Source of the DNA: Halobacteriovorax sp.
GTDB lineage: Bacteria; Bdellovibrionota; Bacteriovoracia; Bacteriovoracales; Bacteriovoracaceae
Direction: 5' to 3'
Assembly: GCA_024686135.1 (NCBI GenBank)
Contig: JAIBDQ010000001.1
Coordinates: forward strand, 26,985-90,984
DNA length: 64,000 nt
The position numbers and the translations under genes were made by a program. The notes below the pieces were generated by a model. It saw only the letters and a program-made list of their open reading frames with translations. It had not been told where the DNA came from and did no database searches. Within the stretch, counting starts at the first letter, position 1. Every line of letters starts with the position of its first letter. Below, piece by piece: positions 1 through 8,602 of this stretch.

Positions 1-2
1 AA

Positions 3-167
3 GATTTTATTCGAAACATTATAATGGATAAATACCACGAGCTCTATGAGGTTGCGGATTTAGAAAATGGACTTGAATTTAAAGTCCAACTCGTTGATGG
101 AAATAGTTTTGAAAGAACCACCGGATCAGGAAAACTAATTCGAGTAAAAGATAAGAGGGTTTATTAA
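3..167 (+). CDS. C-terminal end of an adenylate-forming enzyme gene (PaaK/CapK-like paralogue); 5' part lies outside the window
   Basis: Frame 3 is open from the window edge to TAA 165-167. Tail ...FERTTGSGKLIRVKDKRVY mirrors the tail of the next ORF (...HNERTGKLKLVIDRRHQ). Stop overlaps the next start as TAATG. Confidence 0.45.
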   Translation, partial: DFIRNIIMDKYHELYEVADLENGLEFKVQLVDGNSFERTTGSGKLIRVKDKRVY

Positions 168-1387
168 TGTTCTACTCCCTTGAAGAGATCGTTCGTAAAG
201 CTTCAATAAGTTCTCCTTTTTATAGAGAACTTTATAAAGATATCAATCCAGACGATTTTAGACTGGAAGATCTTCCGATCGTTGATCAAACTAAGTTCTG
301 GGAAGCTAATCATTACAATAATAACTCACTCTTAACAGAGGATATTTTAGATGGTGTTGTCTTTAAAAGTGGTGGCACTACTGGAAACCCAAAGTTTTCT
401 GTTTACACAAAAAAAGAATGGCAAACATTCACTACTTTATTTGGTGAAGGAATGGATAAGAAATGCCTTAAGAAAGGTGATCGCGTAGGAAACTTGTTTT
501 ACTCGGGGGACCTTTATGCCTCTTTTTTGTTTATAACTAACTCACTAGAAAACTCAAAAACCCCTGTGTTGCAATTTCCAATGACCGGAGGAATGAAACT
601 AGAAGAAATCATCAAGACCGTAAATGAATATTCAATTAATGTCCTCGCCGTGGTACCAACAACTTTTACCTGTATGGCCGAGTTGTTAGTCAAGGAAGGA
701 AAGACATTAAACTTAGAGAGAGTATTGTATGGTGGTGAAGCTCTTTATCCAGAGCAACGAGAAATTCTTAGAAAAGCTTTTCCAAAAGCTCAAATGCTAT
801 CGATAGGTTACGCTAGCGTAGATGGTGGACATCTTGGCTATATCGACTCAGATTGTGGACCAGGTGAACACAAAATATTTGATGGTTCTATTATGGAAAT
901 TGTAGATGACTCTGGAGAAGTTATAACCAAACCTGGAGAAACTGGAAAACTTATATATACCAATCTTGCTCGAACATTAATGCCAATCATAAGATATCCT
1001 GTTGGTGACTTAGCCAAGTGGGTAGGTGAAGATAAGTTTCTTCTTTTAGGAAGATCAGATGAGGGAGCGAGGATTGGACCTGTCACTGTTAACCGAGACG
1101 ACCTAGTAGAGGTTTTTAGAAAGTTGGATATGTTTAAAGATATTTCAAATTTTCAGATGGTTATCACAAGGGAAGAAGCGAGAGACTCTTTGGAGGTTAG
1201 GTATACTTCTGCGAAAGACTTCCCAGATATTAGGGAGGGCTTTTATTCTGAGAGAAAGATGTATCTCGAAGCTGTTAATGAAGGCCATGTTAATCATATA
1301 AAGTTCAATCGTGTACATGAAGACGAGCTAGAGCATAATGAAAGAACCGGGAAGTTAAAATTAGTTATTGATCGTCGACATCAATAA
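167..1387 (+). CDS. phenylacetate-CoA ligase-like adenylate-forming enzyme (PaaK / F390 synthetase / CapK family)
   Basis: 406-aa ORF with AMP-binding motif FKSGGTTGNPKF and a YGGEALY region. Size and layout are typical of the family. Confidence 0.7.
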   Translation: MFYSLEEIVRKASISSPFYRELYKDINPDDFRLEDLPIVDQTKFWEANHYNNNSLLTEDILDGVVFKSGGTTGNPKFSVYTKKEWQTFTTLFGEGMDKKCLKKGDRVGNLFYSGDLYASFLFITNSLENSKTPVLQFPMTGGMKLEEIIKTVNEYSINVLAVVPTTFTCMAELLVKEGKTLNLERVLYGGEALYPEQREILRKAFPKAQMLSIGYASVDGGHLGYIDSDCGPGEHKIFDGSIMEIVDDSGEVITKPGETGKLIYTNLARTLMPIIRYPVGDLAKWVGEDKFLLLGRSDEGARIGPVTVNRDDLVEVFRKLDMFKDISNFQMVITREEARDSLEVRYTSAKDFPDIREGFYSERKMYLEAVNEGHVNHIKFNRVHEDELEHNERTGKLKLVIDRRHQ

Positions 1388-2219
1388 CAATTTTCATTCG
1401 ACCATCGACACCGATAATTTGCCCTAAACCAAGAGGAATCCAAATATTTTCTCCGGAAAGTGGCTCCGATGAGAAGATGAGATGATTAATGAATCCATCT
1501 TTCGTGGCATTTTCACAAGAGTCTGAATATGAGGGGCAAGAGTCTTTATCACCGCAACTTGTTTTATAAGTGGAGTAGTAGAGGTTTTTCCCACCTTGAT
1601 GGGCAACCATAGTTTCCCCATTCGTAAGTAAGAAAGTTAGGTAGGTTTCAGTGTTCCCCGAATCATCTTTTTCTGAATAAGGGCCAACCACTTTTGTTAA
1701 TTCTTCAACAGCTTCTTTTATGGCCTCAATGACGATTTCAGCTTTGCAGTCCTTAATGGAGATATCAACTTTTTTGCTTAAAAATGAAAGAACGAAATAA
1801 AAAATTAACTCACTGTCTGTATCTCCAAGAATAAACCTTTTTAATTCGGGTAAGATTTGATTTGAGATTTTATCTCTAAACTTATCGAAGTTCTTAATAT
1901 TTCCATTATGGGCAAAAACCCAGTGACCATATTGAAAGGGATGTGTATTAAGAAGGCCATTTGAACCTTGAGTAGAGTTTCTAATATGGGCGACTACTGT
2001 CTGGCTAGAGACGACCCCGGATACTTTTTTAAAGAGATTACTTTTAATTGCAGAAGATTCAGCGGACTTAATTATATGAGGCGTTCCTTGAACGTAGTAT
2101 CCAACTCCCCAACCATCGGGGTGCTCATTACTTTGCATGACAAGGGCATTGTCAGCACTCACAAGACTGCTGTGAACTTGACTTAAAATGACTGACCTAA
2201 AACCAAAGAGCCTACACAT
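1365..2219 (-). CDS. class II (Ntn) glutamine amidotransferase, YafJ/EgtC-like
   Basis: 284-aa ORF starting MCRLFG (Cys2 nucleophile), with HPDGWGVGYY and AHNGNI motifs. Confidence 0.75.
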   Translation of the reverse strand: MCRLFGFRSVILSQVHSSLVSADNALVMQSNEHPDGWGVGYYVQGTPHIIKSAESSAIKSNLFKKVSGVVSSQTVVAHIRNSTQGSNGLLNTHPFQYGHWVFAHNGNIKNFDKFRDKISNQILPELKRFILGDTDSELIFYFVLSFLSKKVDISIKDCKAEIVIEAIKEAVEELTKVVGPYSEKDDSGNTETYLTFLLTNGETMVAHQGGKNLYYSTYKTSCGDKDSCPSYSDSCENATKDGFINHLIFSSEPLSGENIWIPLGLGQIIGVDGRMKIVIDVDDQ

Positions 2220-2234
2220 AGTCTTATTATGCCC

Positions 2235-4169
2235 CTAAGACTGAAGTTCTTCAAATTCCTCGTACATGGCAAGAAGCTCCTCCTCTAAAATGCCCATTTC
2301 TGTTGCAAGAGAGGAAAGCTTTTCAGAATCTTCTTTGGTTAATTCCTTCGCGCCCATAATAGTGATCTGCGAGTTAATTTGTTCGATTTTTTTCTCAGTA
2401 CTTTCAATTGATGAAGGAAGCTTTCTCAAACGATCCTTTTCTTTATTACTAAGTTTTTTCTTTTCCTTAATTTCTGGTGTGGCCAGGTCTTGAGCCTCTT
2501 CATTTTGATTAAGCTCTAGTTCTTTATTTAAGGCCAGAGCTTCTAGATAAGGGGAGACCTGTTCGTAGCCCCCATGAAAATATTCAAGTTTTTGATCATC
2601 TAATAGCCATACTCTGTTGGTTATATTGGCAAGGAAACTTCTATCGTGACTGATTAAAATAACGGAACCTTCAAATTCAGTTAATGTTTTTTCCAAAATT
2701 TGAAGTGTTTCTAAATCTAGGTCGTTAGTAGGTTCATCAAAAATCCAGATGTCTCCTGGCTCTTTTAGATTAAGCGCCATTTGTAATCGACTTCTTTCCC
2801 CACCAGAAAAAGTTCTAAGTGGTCTGTTAATCTCCTCTCTAGGGAATAAAAAATCCTCTAGGTAGGCGATAACATGTTTTTTTCTTCCATTTGCGAGAAA
2901 GATAAACTCTGAACCGTCACCAAGTATCTGAAAGGGAGTCTTATCTAAATCCAATTCTGTTCTTTTTTGGGAAAAGTGCTTGATAATAATTCCATCAGCT
3001 CTTTTTATCATTCCATTATTTTCTTTTAATTTTCCAGCGATCAATGAAGCTAAGGAAGACTTTCCCACACCATTTGGACCGATAAGACCTATCTTCTCTC
3101 CCTTAGTCATAACAAAGTTTAGGTCTTTAAAAAGAAGGTTTTCCCCAAAACCAAAGTCAACACCCTTGAATTCTAGCAGTTTTTTCCTTTTCTTCTCTGT
3201 GGAAGAAATACTTAGACTCATCTCTTTTCTTGTTTGAGAAATGATGTTTTCAACTTGGCCTTTGAGCTGAGTGAAGTTATCAACACGGCTTTTTGCCCTG
3301 GTTCCCCTGGCCTTTATCCCTTGCCTCATCCAATCGGTTTCTCTTCTTAATGTGTTTTTTAACCTTGCAAGAACCCTCTTTCGTTCCTCTTCTTTTTCTG
3401 CAAGAAACTCTAAGTAATCGGCGTAGGACCCTTCATATTCTTTAATCTCACCATTGGTGATATGAAAGATTTTTTTACAAACTTTAGATAGTAAGGTTCT
3501 ATCGTGAGAAATAAGAATATAGGCTCTGTTGTTTTGCCTTAGTTCATCCTCAAAACGTTCTATGGTTTCAATATCAAGATGATTGGTAGGCTCATCCCAA
3601 AGGACAAGGTTTGCTTTACATGATAGTCCTAGACTCAAGAGGATCTTTTTTTGTTCACCACCACTTAAGTGTTCTACTCCACCATCTAAATTAGGAACTT
3701 CAAAATATTTTAAATAACTCTCAAAACTTGAGGCTAAATTCCAAGCATCAGCATGATCCCATTTCTCAAAGAGGTCTTTTTGTTCGTTCAGATATTTTTC
3801 ATCACTTCCAACGAGGTCTTCTAATTCTTTAAGTCTTTGATGCCACTTCTTCAGTTCAGGATAGTATTCTAAGTAATATTCTTTAACGATTCTTCCGGGG
3901 ACTACTTTGAAGTCTTGGGGGATTTGAAATACGGTGAATTCTTTTTGCGGATCATTGATACCTTTGGTTTTGTCGAACATGAATGGGGGATCGCTAATAT
4001 CCGGTACGGTGATCCCTGTAAGAATTTTAAAGAGAGAACTTTTTCCACGTCCATTTAGCCCAAGCAGGCCTATTCGATCACCCGCTCTTATATTTAAATG
4101 TGCATCTTTAAAAAGAACTTTTGTTCCATAGGCTAAGCTAATATTTTTCAAGGTACAGAGCAGGCTCAA
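2235..4169 (-). CDS. ABC-F family ATPase (Uup-like, no membrane domain)
   Basis: 644 aa. Two ABC cassettes (Walker A GLNGRGKSS and GPNGVGKSS; signatures LSGGE and FSGGE) plus a charged C-terminal coiled coil. TTG start follows GAGGAAA. Confidence 0.9.
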   Translation of the reverse strand: MSLLCTLKNISLAYGTKVLFKDAHLNIRAGDRIGLLGLNGRGKSSLFKILTGITVPDISDPPFMFDKTKGINDPQKEFTVFQIPQDFKVVPGRIVKEYYLEYYPELKKWHQRLKELEDLVGSDEKYLNEQKDLFEKWDHADAWNLASSFESYLKYFEVPNLDGGVEHLSGGEQKKILLSLGLSCKANLVLWDEPTNHLDIETIERFEDELRQNNRAYILISHDRTLLSKVCKKIFHITNGEIKEYEGSYADYLEFLAEKEEERKRVLARLKNTLRRETDWMRQGIKARGTRAKSRVDNFTQLKGQVENIISQTRKEMSLSISSTEKKRKKLLEFKGVDFGFGENLLFKDLNFVMTKGEKIGLIGPNGVGKSSLASLIAGKLKENNGMIKRADGIIIKHFSQKRTELDLDKTPFQILGDGSEFIFLANGRKKHVIAYLEDFLFPREEINRPLRTFSGGERSRLQMALNLKEPGDIWIFDEPTNDLDLETLQILEKTLTEFEGSVILISHDRSFLANITNRVWLLDDQKLEYFHGGYEQVSPYLEALALNKELELNQNEEAQDLATPEIKEKKKLSNKEKDRLRKLPSSIESTEKKIEQINSQITIMGAKELTKEDSEKLSSLATEMGILEEELLAMYEEFEELQS

Positions 4170-4437
4170 ATGGGATTTCCTCGTTTTTTCGGTCAGTTAG
4201 GTTTAGCTCACCACTCTCTTTTTGGCAAAAATTGCCTATTGGAAGATTCGTATAATCCAATTTCGTATAATTTTAATTGGATATTAATAGGAGGAACCTA
4301 TACTTTTTCCAGCGATCGCATATAAAACCTATGAGAAGCTAAAAGGCCATAAAGGTTTTAAAGAGCTATTTAAGCGAACAATAAAACGTTTACGCTATAT
4401 TAGTTCGCCAGTTCAAAGAGCGGAACTTATCCATAAA

Positions 4438-4950
4438 TTGGTCGATTTAGAAATTAAAACACTTTTTGATGATGACTTAGTAAAAGAAAATGTTTCTTGT
4501 AAGTCAGGATGCGCAGCTTGTTGCCATACCCAAGTTAGTATAACTTTTGATGAAGCAGAACTACTTGCTTCAAAAATTGTAGAAGGGACTGAGGTAGACT
4601 TAAGAAGGCTTCGTAAATTAGCAGATACACAGAATAATGCGGAAGACTTCTATAGACTCTCTTATGAAGATAGGGCCTGTCCTTTTCTAGGGGATGGAAA
4701 TATCTGTTCCGCCTATGAAGATAGACCTTCAGTATGTAGGACTAATAACGTGGTTTCTGATCCTGTATTGTGTGAAACAAAGGACGGAAATGAGAAACCG
4801 GTTAGACTTTTAAATACTCATAAAGCCGATATGATTGTTATGGCCTCTTTTAAAAATAGTAAAGAAAATGGTGCTTTACCCACTATGTTGTGGAAAGCAT
4901 TGAAAAGACTTAGAAAAAGCTCCTCTGACGCTGTTGTCAAAAAACTTTAA
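4438..4950 (+). CDS. YkgJ-family (UPF0153) cysteine-cluster protein; true start probably upstream (see findings)
   Basis: CKSGCAACC cluster plus downstream CPF...C..Y Cys motifs. The listed start is TTG without an SD. The frame stays open for 49 more codons back to TAG 4288-4290. Confidence 0.7.
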   Translation: MVDLEIKTLFDDDLVKENVSCKSGCAACCHTQVSITFDEAELLASKIVEGTEVDLRRLRKLADTQNNAEDFYRLSYEDRACPFLGDGNICSAYEDRPSVCRTNNVVSDPVLCETKDGNEKPVRLLNTHKADMIVMASFKNSKENGALPTMLWKALKRLRKSSSDAVVKKL

Positions 4951-4998
4951 TTTTCCTATATTCATCTAAATTCTTAATCCATTTATAAAGAGATTTAT

Positions 4999-5337
4999 AT
5001 GTATCAACTATACGGTATCCCAAATTGTGACACGGTGAAAAAAGCGAAGAGAAACCTCGAATCTAATGGTATCGAATTCGAGTTTATCGACTTCAAGAAA
5101 AACCCTCCGAATAGAGAGCTTATTAAAAGATGGAAGTTAAAATTAGGGGAGTTGCCAGTCAATAAGCGTGGAAGAACCTTTCGAGAAGTTAAAGATATCT
5201 ATGAGTCCAGTACAGAGCCCAATCAAGTTAAGTTATTGATTGAAAAATCTTCTTTAATAAAAAGGCCACTTTTAGAGAAAAACCTAAAGCCAATCTTTAT
5301 AGGATTTAATAGCGAGGACTATGACCAGCTCTCCTGA
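4999..5337 (+). CDS. ArsC/Spx-family thioredoxin-fold protein (YffB-like)
   Basis: 112 aa. N-terminus MYQLYGIPNCDTVKKAKRNLESNGIEFEFIDFKK is typical of the ArsC/Spx/YffB family. Confidence 0.8.
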   Translation: MYQLYGIPNCDTVKKAKRNLESNGIEFEFIDFKKNPPNRELIKRWKLKLGELPVNKRGRTFREVKDIYESSTEPNQVKLLIEKSSLIKRPLLEKNLKPIFIGFNSEDYDQLS

Positions 5338-6052
5338 TCTTTCTGGACGTTGTTACGAATGTTTTAGGTCTAAAAAGGCATGCCTTTGTTCGGATATAAA
5401 ATGTATTGAAACAAATACTAAGATAGTCATACTCATTCATCCTAAAGAGGCTAAAAAGCAAAGAGTTGGTACTGGAAGGTTAACCCAAAAAAGTCTTAAG
5501 AACTCTCAAATGATTATGGGAGTTGATTTTACAAATGATAATTTAGTTAATTCGTTAATTAACGATAAATCAAAAAAATGTTTTCTTCTTTATCCTGGAT
5601 TACAGGCAATCAACCTGAGTAAAAATGAAAGTTTTCCTAAAGAGTCTTCTAGAGAGAATGTTATATTTGTATTAGATGGAACCTGGCCTTGTGCTAAGAA
5701 AATGCTAAGAGAAAGCAAGAACTTGCAGGTATTACCGAGAGTCTGTTTTGATGCCAGTATACATTCACGATTTTCGATTAAGCATCAGCCTGCTCAAAAC
5801 TGTTTATCAACTATTGAGTCAGTTAGTTTTTTATTATCGGAACTAGAGCGTCAAAATATTGAGAAACTTAATGGCGGGGCTGAGATGATGGTAGAACTTC
5901 TAGATAAAATGGTTAAATATCAAAGGGATTGTGCCGCAAATCCAAGTACTCCTGGATATAGAAGAAAACCTTATTCTGTTCAATCACACCGCGAAAGTTT
6001 TATTAGGCCAAAGAGTAGGCTGTTTTTTTATGATGACAAAAACTTTTCCTAA
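5321..6052 (+). CDS. DTW-domain protein (tRNA-uridine aminocarboxypropyltransferase family)
   Basis: N-terminal CYEC...CLC zinc-type motif and a DGTW motif (VLDGTWPCAKKM). Overlaps the upstream gene by 17 nt. Confidence 0.75.
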   Translation: MTSSPDLSGRCYECFRSKKACLCSDIKCIETNTKIVILIHPKEAKKQRVGTGRLTQKSLKNSQMIMGVDFTNDNLVNSLINDKSKKCFLLYPGLQAINLSKNESFPKESSRENVIFVLDGTWPCAKKMLRESKNLQVLPRVCFDASIHSRFSIKHQPAQNCLSTIESVSFLLSELERQNIEKLNGGAEMMVELLDKMVKYQRDCAANPSTPGYRRKPYSVQSHRESFIRPKSRLFFYDDKNFS

Positions 6053-6157
6053 TACGGTGTTGCAAAGCAGTATTTAAAAATTAACGGACTTTGGCAGGAT
6101 CATGTCTTAACGAGTATGATTAATCCACTCGATTTTTAGGAGAGGTTATCAGTAGAT

Positions 6158-6535
6158 ATGAAGCGAAAGGATTTGAAATTATTAGTTTTAGATGACTCCA
6201 AAGAGTTTGTTTTTTTATTAACAGGCTTTTTATCATTTAAAGAAGTTCAGGTTGAAACTGAATCGGACCCACTCAAGGCCTTGTCTATGGCCGAAACAAC
6301 TAAGTTTGATTTGATCATCTCAGATTATTTAATGGATAAAATGGATGGCATTTCTTTTTCAGAAAAGATTAGGGGATCACAACTGAACTCAGAGACAAAA
6401 ATTATCTTACTCACAGCAAAGCACTTGGAAAATTCCGAAATATCAAAAGTTAATAAGCTGAACCTAGTGTACGTAAGTAAGCCCATACTCCCAAATGATT
6501 TGTATAAAAAAGTAATGGAGACAATTCAAAATTAA
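6158..6535 (+). CDS. single-domain response regulator (CheY-like receiver)
   Basis: 125 aa with canonical receiver residues by eye: LVLDD, DLIISD, LLTAK, SKP. Confidence 0.85.
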   Translation: MKRKDLKLLVLDDSKEFVFLLTGFLSFKEVQVETESDPLKALSMAETTKFDLIISDYLMDKMDGISFSEKIRGSQLNSETKIILLTAKHLENSEISKVNKLNLVYVSKPILPNDLYKKVMETIQN

Positions 6536-6593
6536 ATTTAAATACATCATTTTTTTTCTTATTGTTTCATGTGCTAAGGTTCCCTTAGAGCAT

Positions 6594-7376
6594 ATGTCTA
6601 TGAGTTCAATGACTCCTACAGATGATCCATCTGAATCAATTGGATATTATTCACTCGGCTGTCTTAAAGGTGGCGTGAGTCTTCCCCCTAATGGAGATGG
6701 TTTTCAAGTAATGAGACTTTCTAGAGGAAGATTCTGGGGACATCCAAACCTTATAAACTATCTAAAGCTGAGCTCTAAAAAAGTTTTAAATAAAACTGGG
6801 AAGCAGCTTTTGATTGGTGATTTAGGGCATGCGAAAGGTACACCTTCTTTAACAGGACATAACTCTCATCAGTCTGGTCTCGATGTCGATATTTGGTTTA
6901 AAACTATTGAAAAGGAAAAAGTACTCGACCTAGGAGAGAGGGAGCAAATTTGGGCGCCAAGTTTTTTAAGAAGTCCAGTTGAAGTAGATGAAAATAAGTG
7001 GAAAACGGAGCACTGGGAAATATTAAAGATATTAGTTTCAAATGAAGAAGTTCAAAGAATCTTTATTAATCCGGCAATTAAGAAAAAATTATGCTTAGAA
7101 AAGAAAAGTAAATTCACTCTTAAAGAAATGTCGAAGATTAGACCTTGGTATAGGCATGATGATCATTTTCATGTGCGTTTAAGATGTCCTAACGATTCTC
7201 CGAGTTGTACAACTCAAACAGAACCAAAACTAGACGATGGCTGTGGTAGTGAGCTTGATTGGTGGTTCACGGAGGAAGGGCAAGAGAAAATCGAGCCTTG
7301 GGATCATTACGCAAACTTTAAAAGTAAGAGAGAGAAGCTGCCTAAAGAGTGCAAAGAGATTTTAAAAATAGATTAA
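6594..7376 (+). CDS. mepA: penicillin-insensitive murein endopeptidase MepA; true start probably ATT 6531 (see findings)
   Basis: GHNSHQSGLDVDIW and HDDHFHVRL metal-binding motifs of peptidase family M74. The first ATG gives no signal peptide, but the upstream in-frame sequence encodes one. Confidence 0.85.
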   Translation: MSMSSMTPTDDPSESIGYYSLGCLKGGVSLPPNGDGFQVMRLSRGRFWGHPNLINYLKLSSKKVLNKTGKQLLIGDLGHAKGTPSLTGHNSHQSGLDVDIWFKTIEKEKVLDLGEREQIWAPSFLRSPVEVDENKWKTEHWEILKILVSNEEVQRIFINPAIKKKLCLEKKSKFTLKEMSKIRPWYRHDDHFHVRLRCPNDSPSCTTQTEPKLDDGCGSELDWWFTEEGQEKIEPWDHYANFKSKREKLPKECKEILKID

Positions 7377-8096
7377 TTACTTATAGGACTGAATAAGCGC
7401 CGGAATATCTTTTTGGCTTTTTAAATACAAGAGATCTCTATCTTGTTCGATAGTTTTCCAATCTTCAAAGCCAAGCTGTAAAGCTTCTTCAAATGCATTA
7501 TAGGCCATATCCGCATTCTTAATGATTGAATAAGCACATGCTAGATTATAACAACCAAAGGCTTCTTCAAGATCACAAGCCTTTCTGAAGTATTTTATCG
7601 CACCTTTATACTTTTGCTCTCCTAAGTAAAAATGACCGATCCTCTCGCATCCCGCTGCTTCCTCACCTTTACAAGCTTTATCTAAGTAAGGGAGAGCATC
7701 AGAAAGCATATTCATATTCGTATAGGCTTCGCCAACATAAAAACACGCAATAGTGCTGGCCGGGCAATGGGCCTTTCCAAACTTAATAGCACCTTCATTT
7801 TTACCAGTTCTAATAAAATACCAGCTTAAAACGACACACGCGCTTCTCGCCTTTTCTCCGCATTGTTTAACCAATGTTTGAAGCATTTCTTCAGAAACAT
7901 GCTCTGGGCCGAATTGATCAAGCTGATGCTGAAGCTCATCGCATCTAGCCTTGTTGGCAATATTCATATTACAAAGAAGGTGATATTTTTCCCAAGTGGA
8001 GTCAAAAGTGATGACTCCACTATTTTTTGATTCTTGCTTAGAACAAGAGCAAGATTGTAGGAACAATAAGAAAACTAATAATAGAAAATGCCTCAT
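7377..8096 (-). CDS. exported Sel1-like repeat (Hcp-type cysteine-rich SLR/TPR) protein
   Basis: Signal/lipobox-like N-terminus (LFLQSCSC). Repeated AC-x5-GC-x2-LG-x-Y type units (KACKGEEAAGCERIGHFY, KACDLEEAFGCYNLACAY). Confidence 0.7.
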   Translation of the reverse strand: MRHFLLLVFLLFLQSCSCSKQESKNSGVITFDSTWEKYHLLCNMNIANKARCDELQHQLDQFGPEHVSEEMLQTLVKQCGEKARSACVVLSWYFIRTGKNEGAIKFGKAHCPASTIACFYVGEAYTNMNMLSDALPYLDKACKGEEAAGCERIGHFYLGEQKYKGAIKYFRKACDLEEAFGCYNLACAYSIIKNADMAYNAFEEALQLGFEDWKTIEQDRDLLYLKSQKDIPALIQSYK

Positions 8097-8121
8097 AACT
8101 ATTATTGTAACCTAATTAAAG

Positions 8122-8538
8122 TTACTTACAATAATTAGTTTCGAACTGAATTTCTTCTAAGTTCTCTTCTGTGACGGCAACATCATTAAGAGTAATAACT
8201 TCGTGACCACCATCAAAAAGATAAAGCTTAAGATTAACTGTATCGTCGATTTTTACTCCAAGCTCACCCATTGTTTCAACGAAGTGCTCTGCTAAACGGC
8301 ATTTATAATTTTTTCCGTGGAGGTCTTTTGCTTCTTTTAGAATTTCCTTATATCCCTTTCCATTAACTTCAATGAGAAAATGTGACTTATCGGCATTGAA
8401 TCTTTCAGGGTTTTGAACCTTAATGAATTTTCCCCAACCAGCGAAAAGTCCAAATTCAATATTTGTAAAAGGGGAACGTTCCCCAGCATGAGCGCTAAGT
8501 ACTAGTAATGATGTAATTATTAGAGCAATACTTTTCAT
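8122..8538 (-). CDS. hypothetical exported protein
   Basis: 138-aa ORF with a signal peptide (MKSIALIITSLLVLSAHA) and an SD (GAAGGAA) upstream. No recognised domain. Confidence 0.5.
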   Translation of the reverse strand: MKSIALIITSLLVLSAHAGERSPFTNIEFGLFAGWGKFIKVQNPERFNADKSHFLIEVNGKGYKEILKEAKDLHGKNYKCRLAEHFVETMGELGVKIDDTVNLKLYLFDGGHEVITLNDVAVTEENLEEIQFETNYCK

Positions 8539-8602
8539 AGTTTGATTCCTTCGGGGTTGTTCAAGTCTTTACGTGCCTTGTTATAAATGCTAAAAATTCG
8601 CC

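Noticed and set aside
2266-4131. Antisense ORFs in the track (2266-2493, 2980-3237, 3934-4131) and similar ones elsewhere (838-1086, 1424-1621, 1968-2186, 11067-11375, 11206-11475, 14640-14870, 22726-22944, 23275-23469, 36326-36616, 36856-37143, 45862-46322, 55494-55760)
   Set aside because: All lie entirely within longer ORFs that have recognisable domains. They have low-complexity, Ser/Leu/Phe-rich translations typical of shadow frames and lack SD sites.
4222-4236. TTGGCAAAAATTGCC upstream of the ABC-F gene as a sigma-54 promoter
   Set aside because: The GG-to-GC spacing is two nt too short for a -24/-12 promoter. It is only a short GGCAA-AAA-TTGCC dyad in AT-rich DNA.
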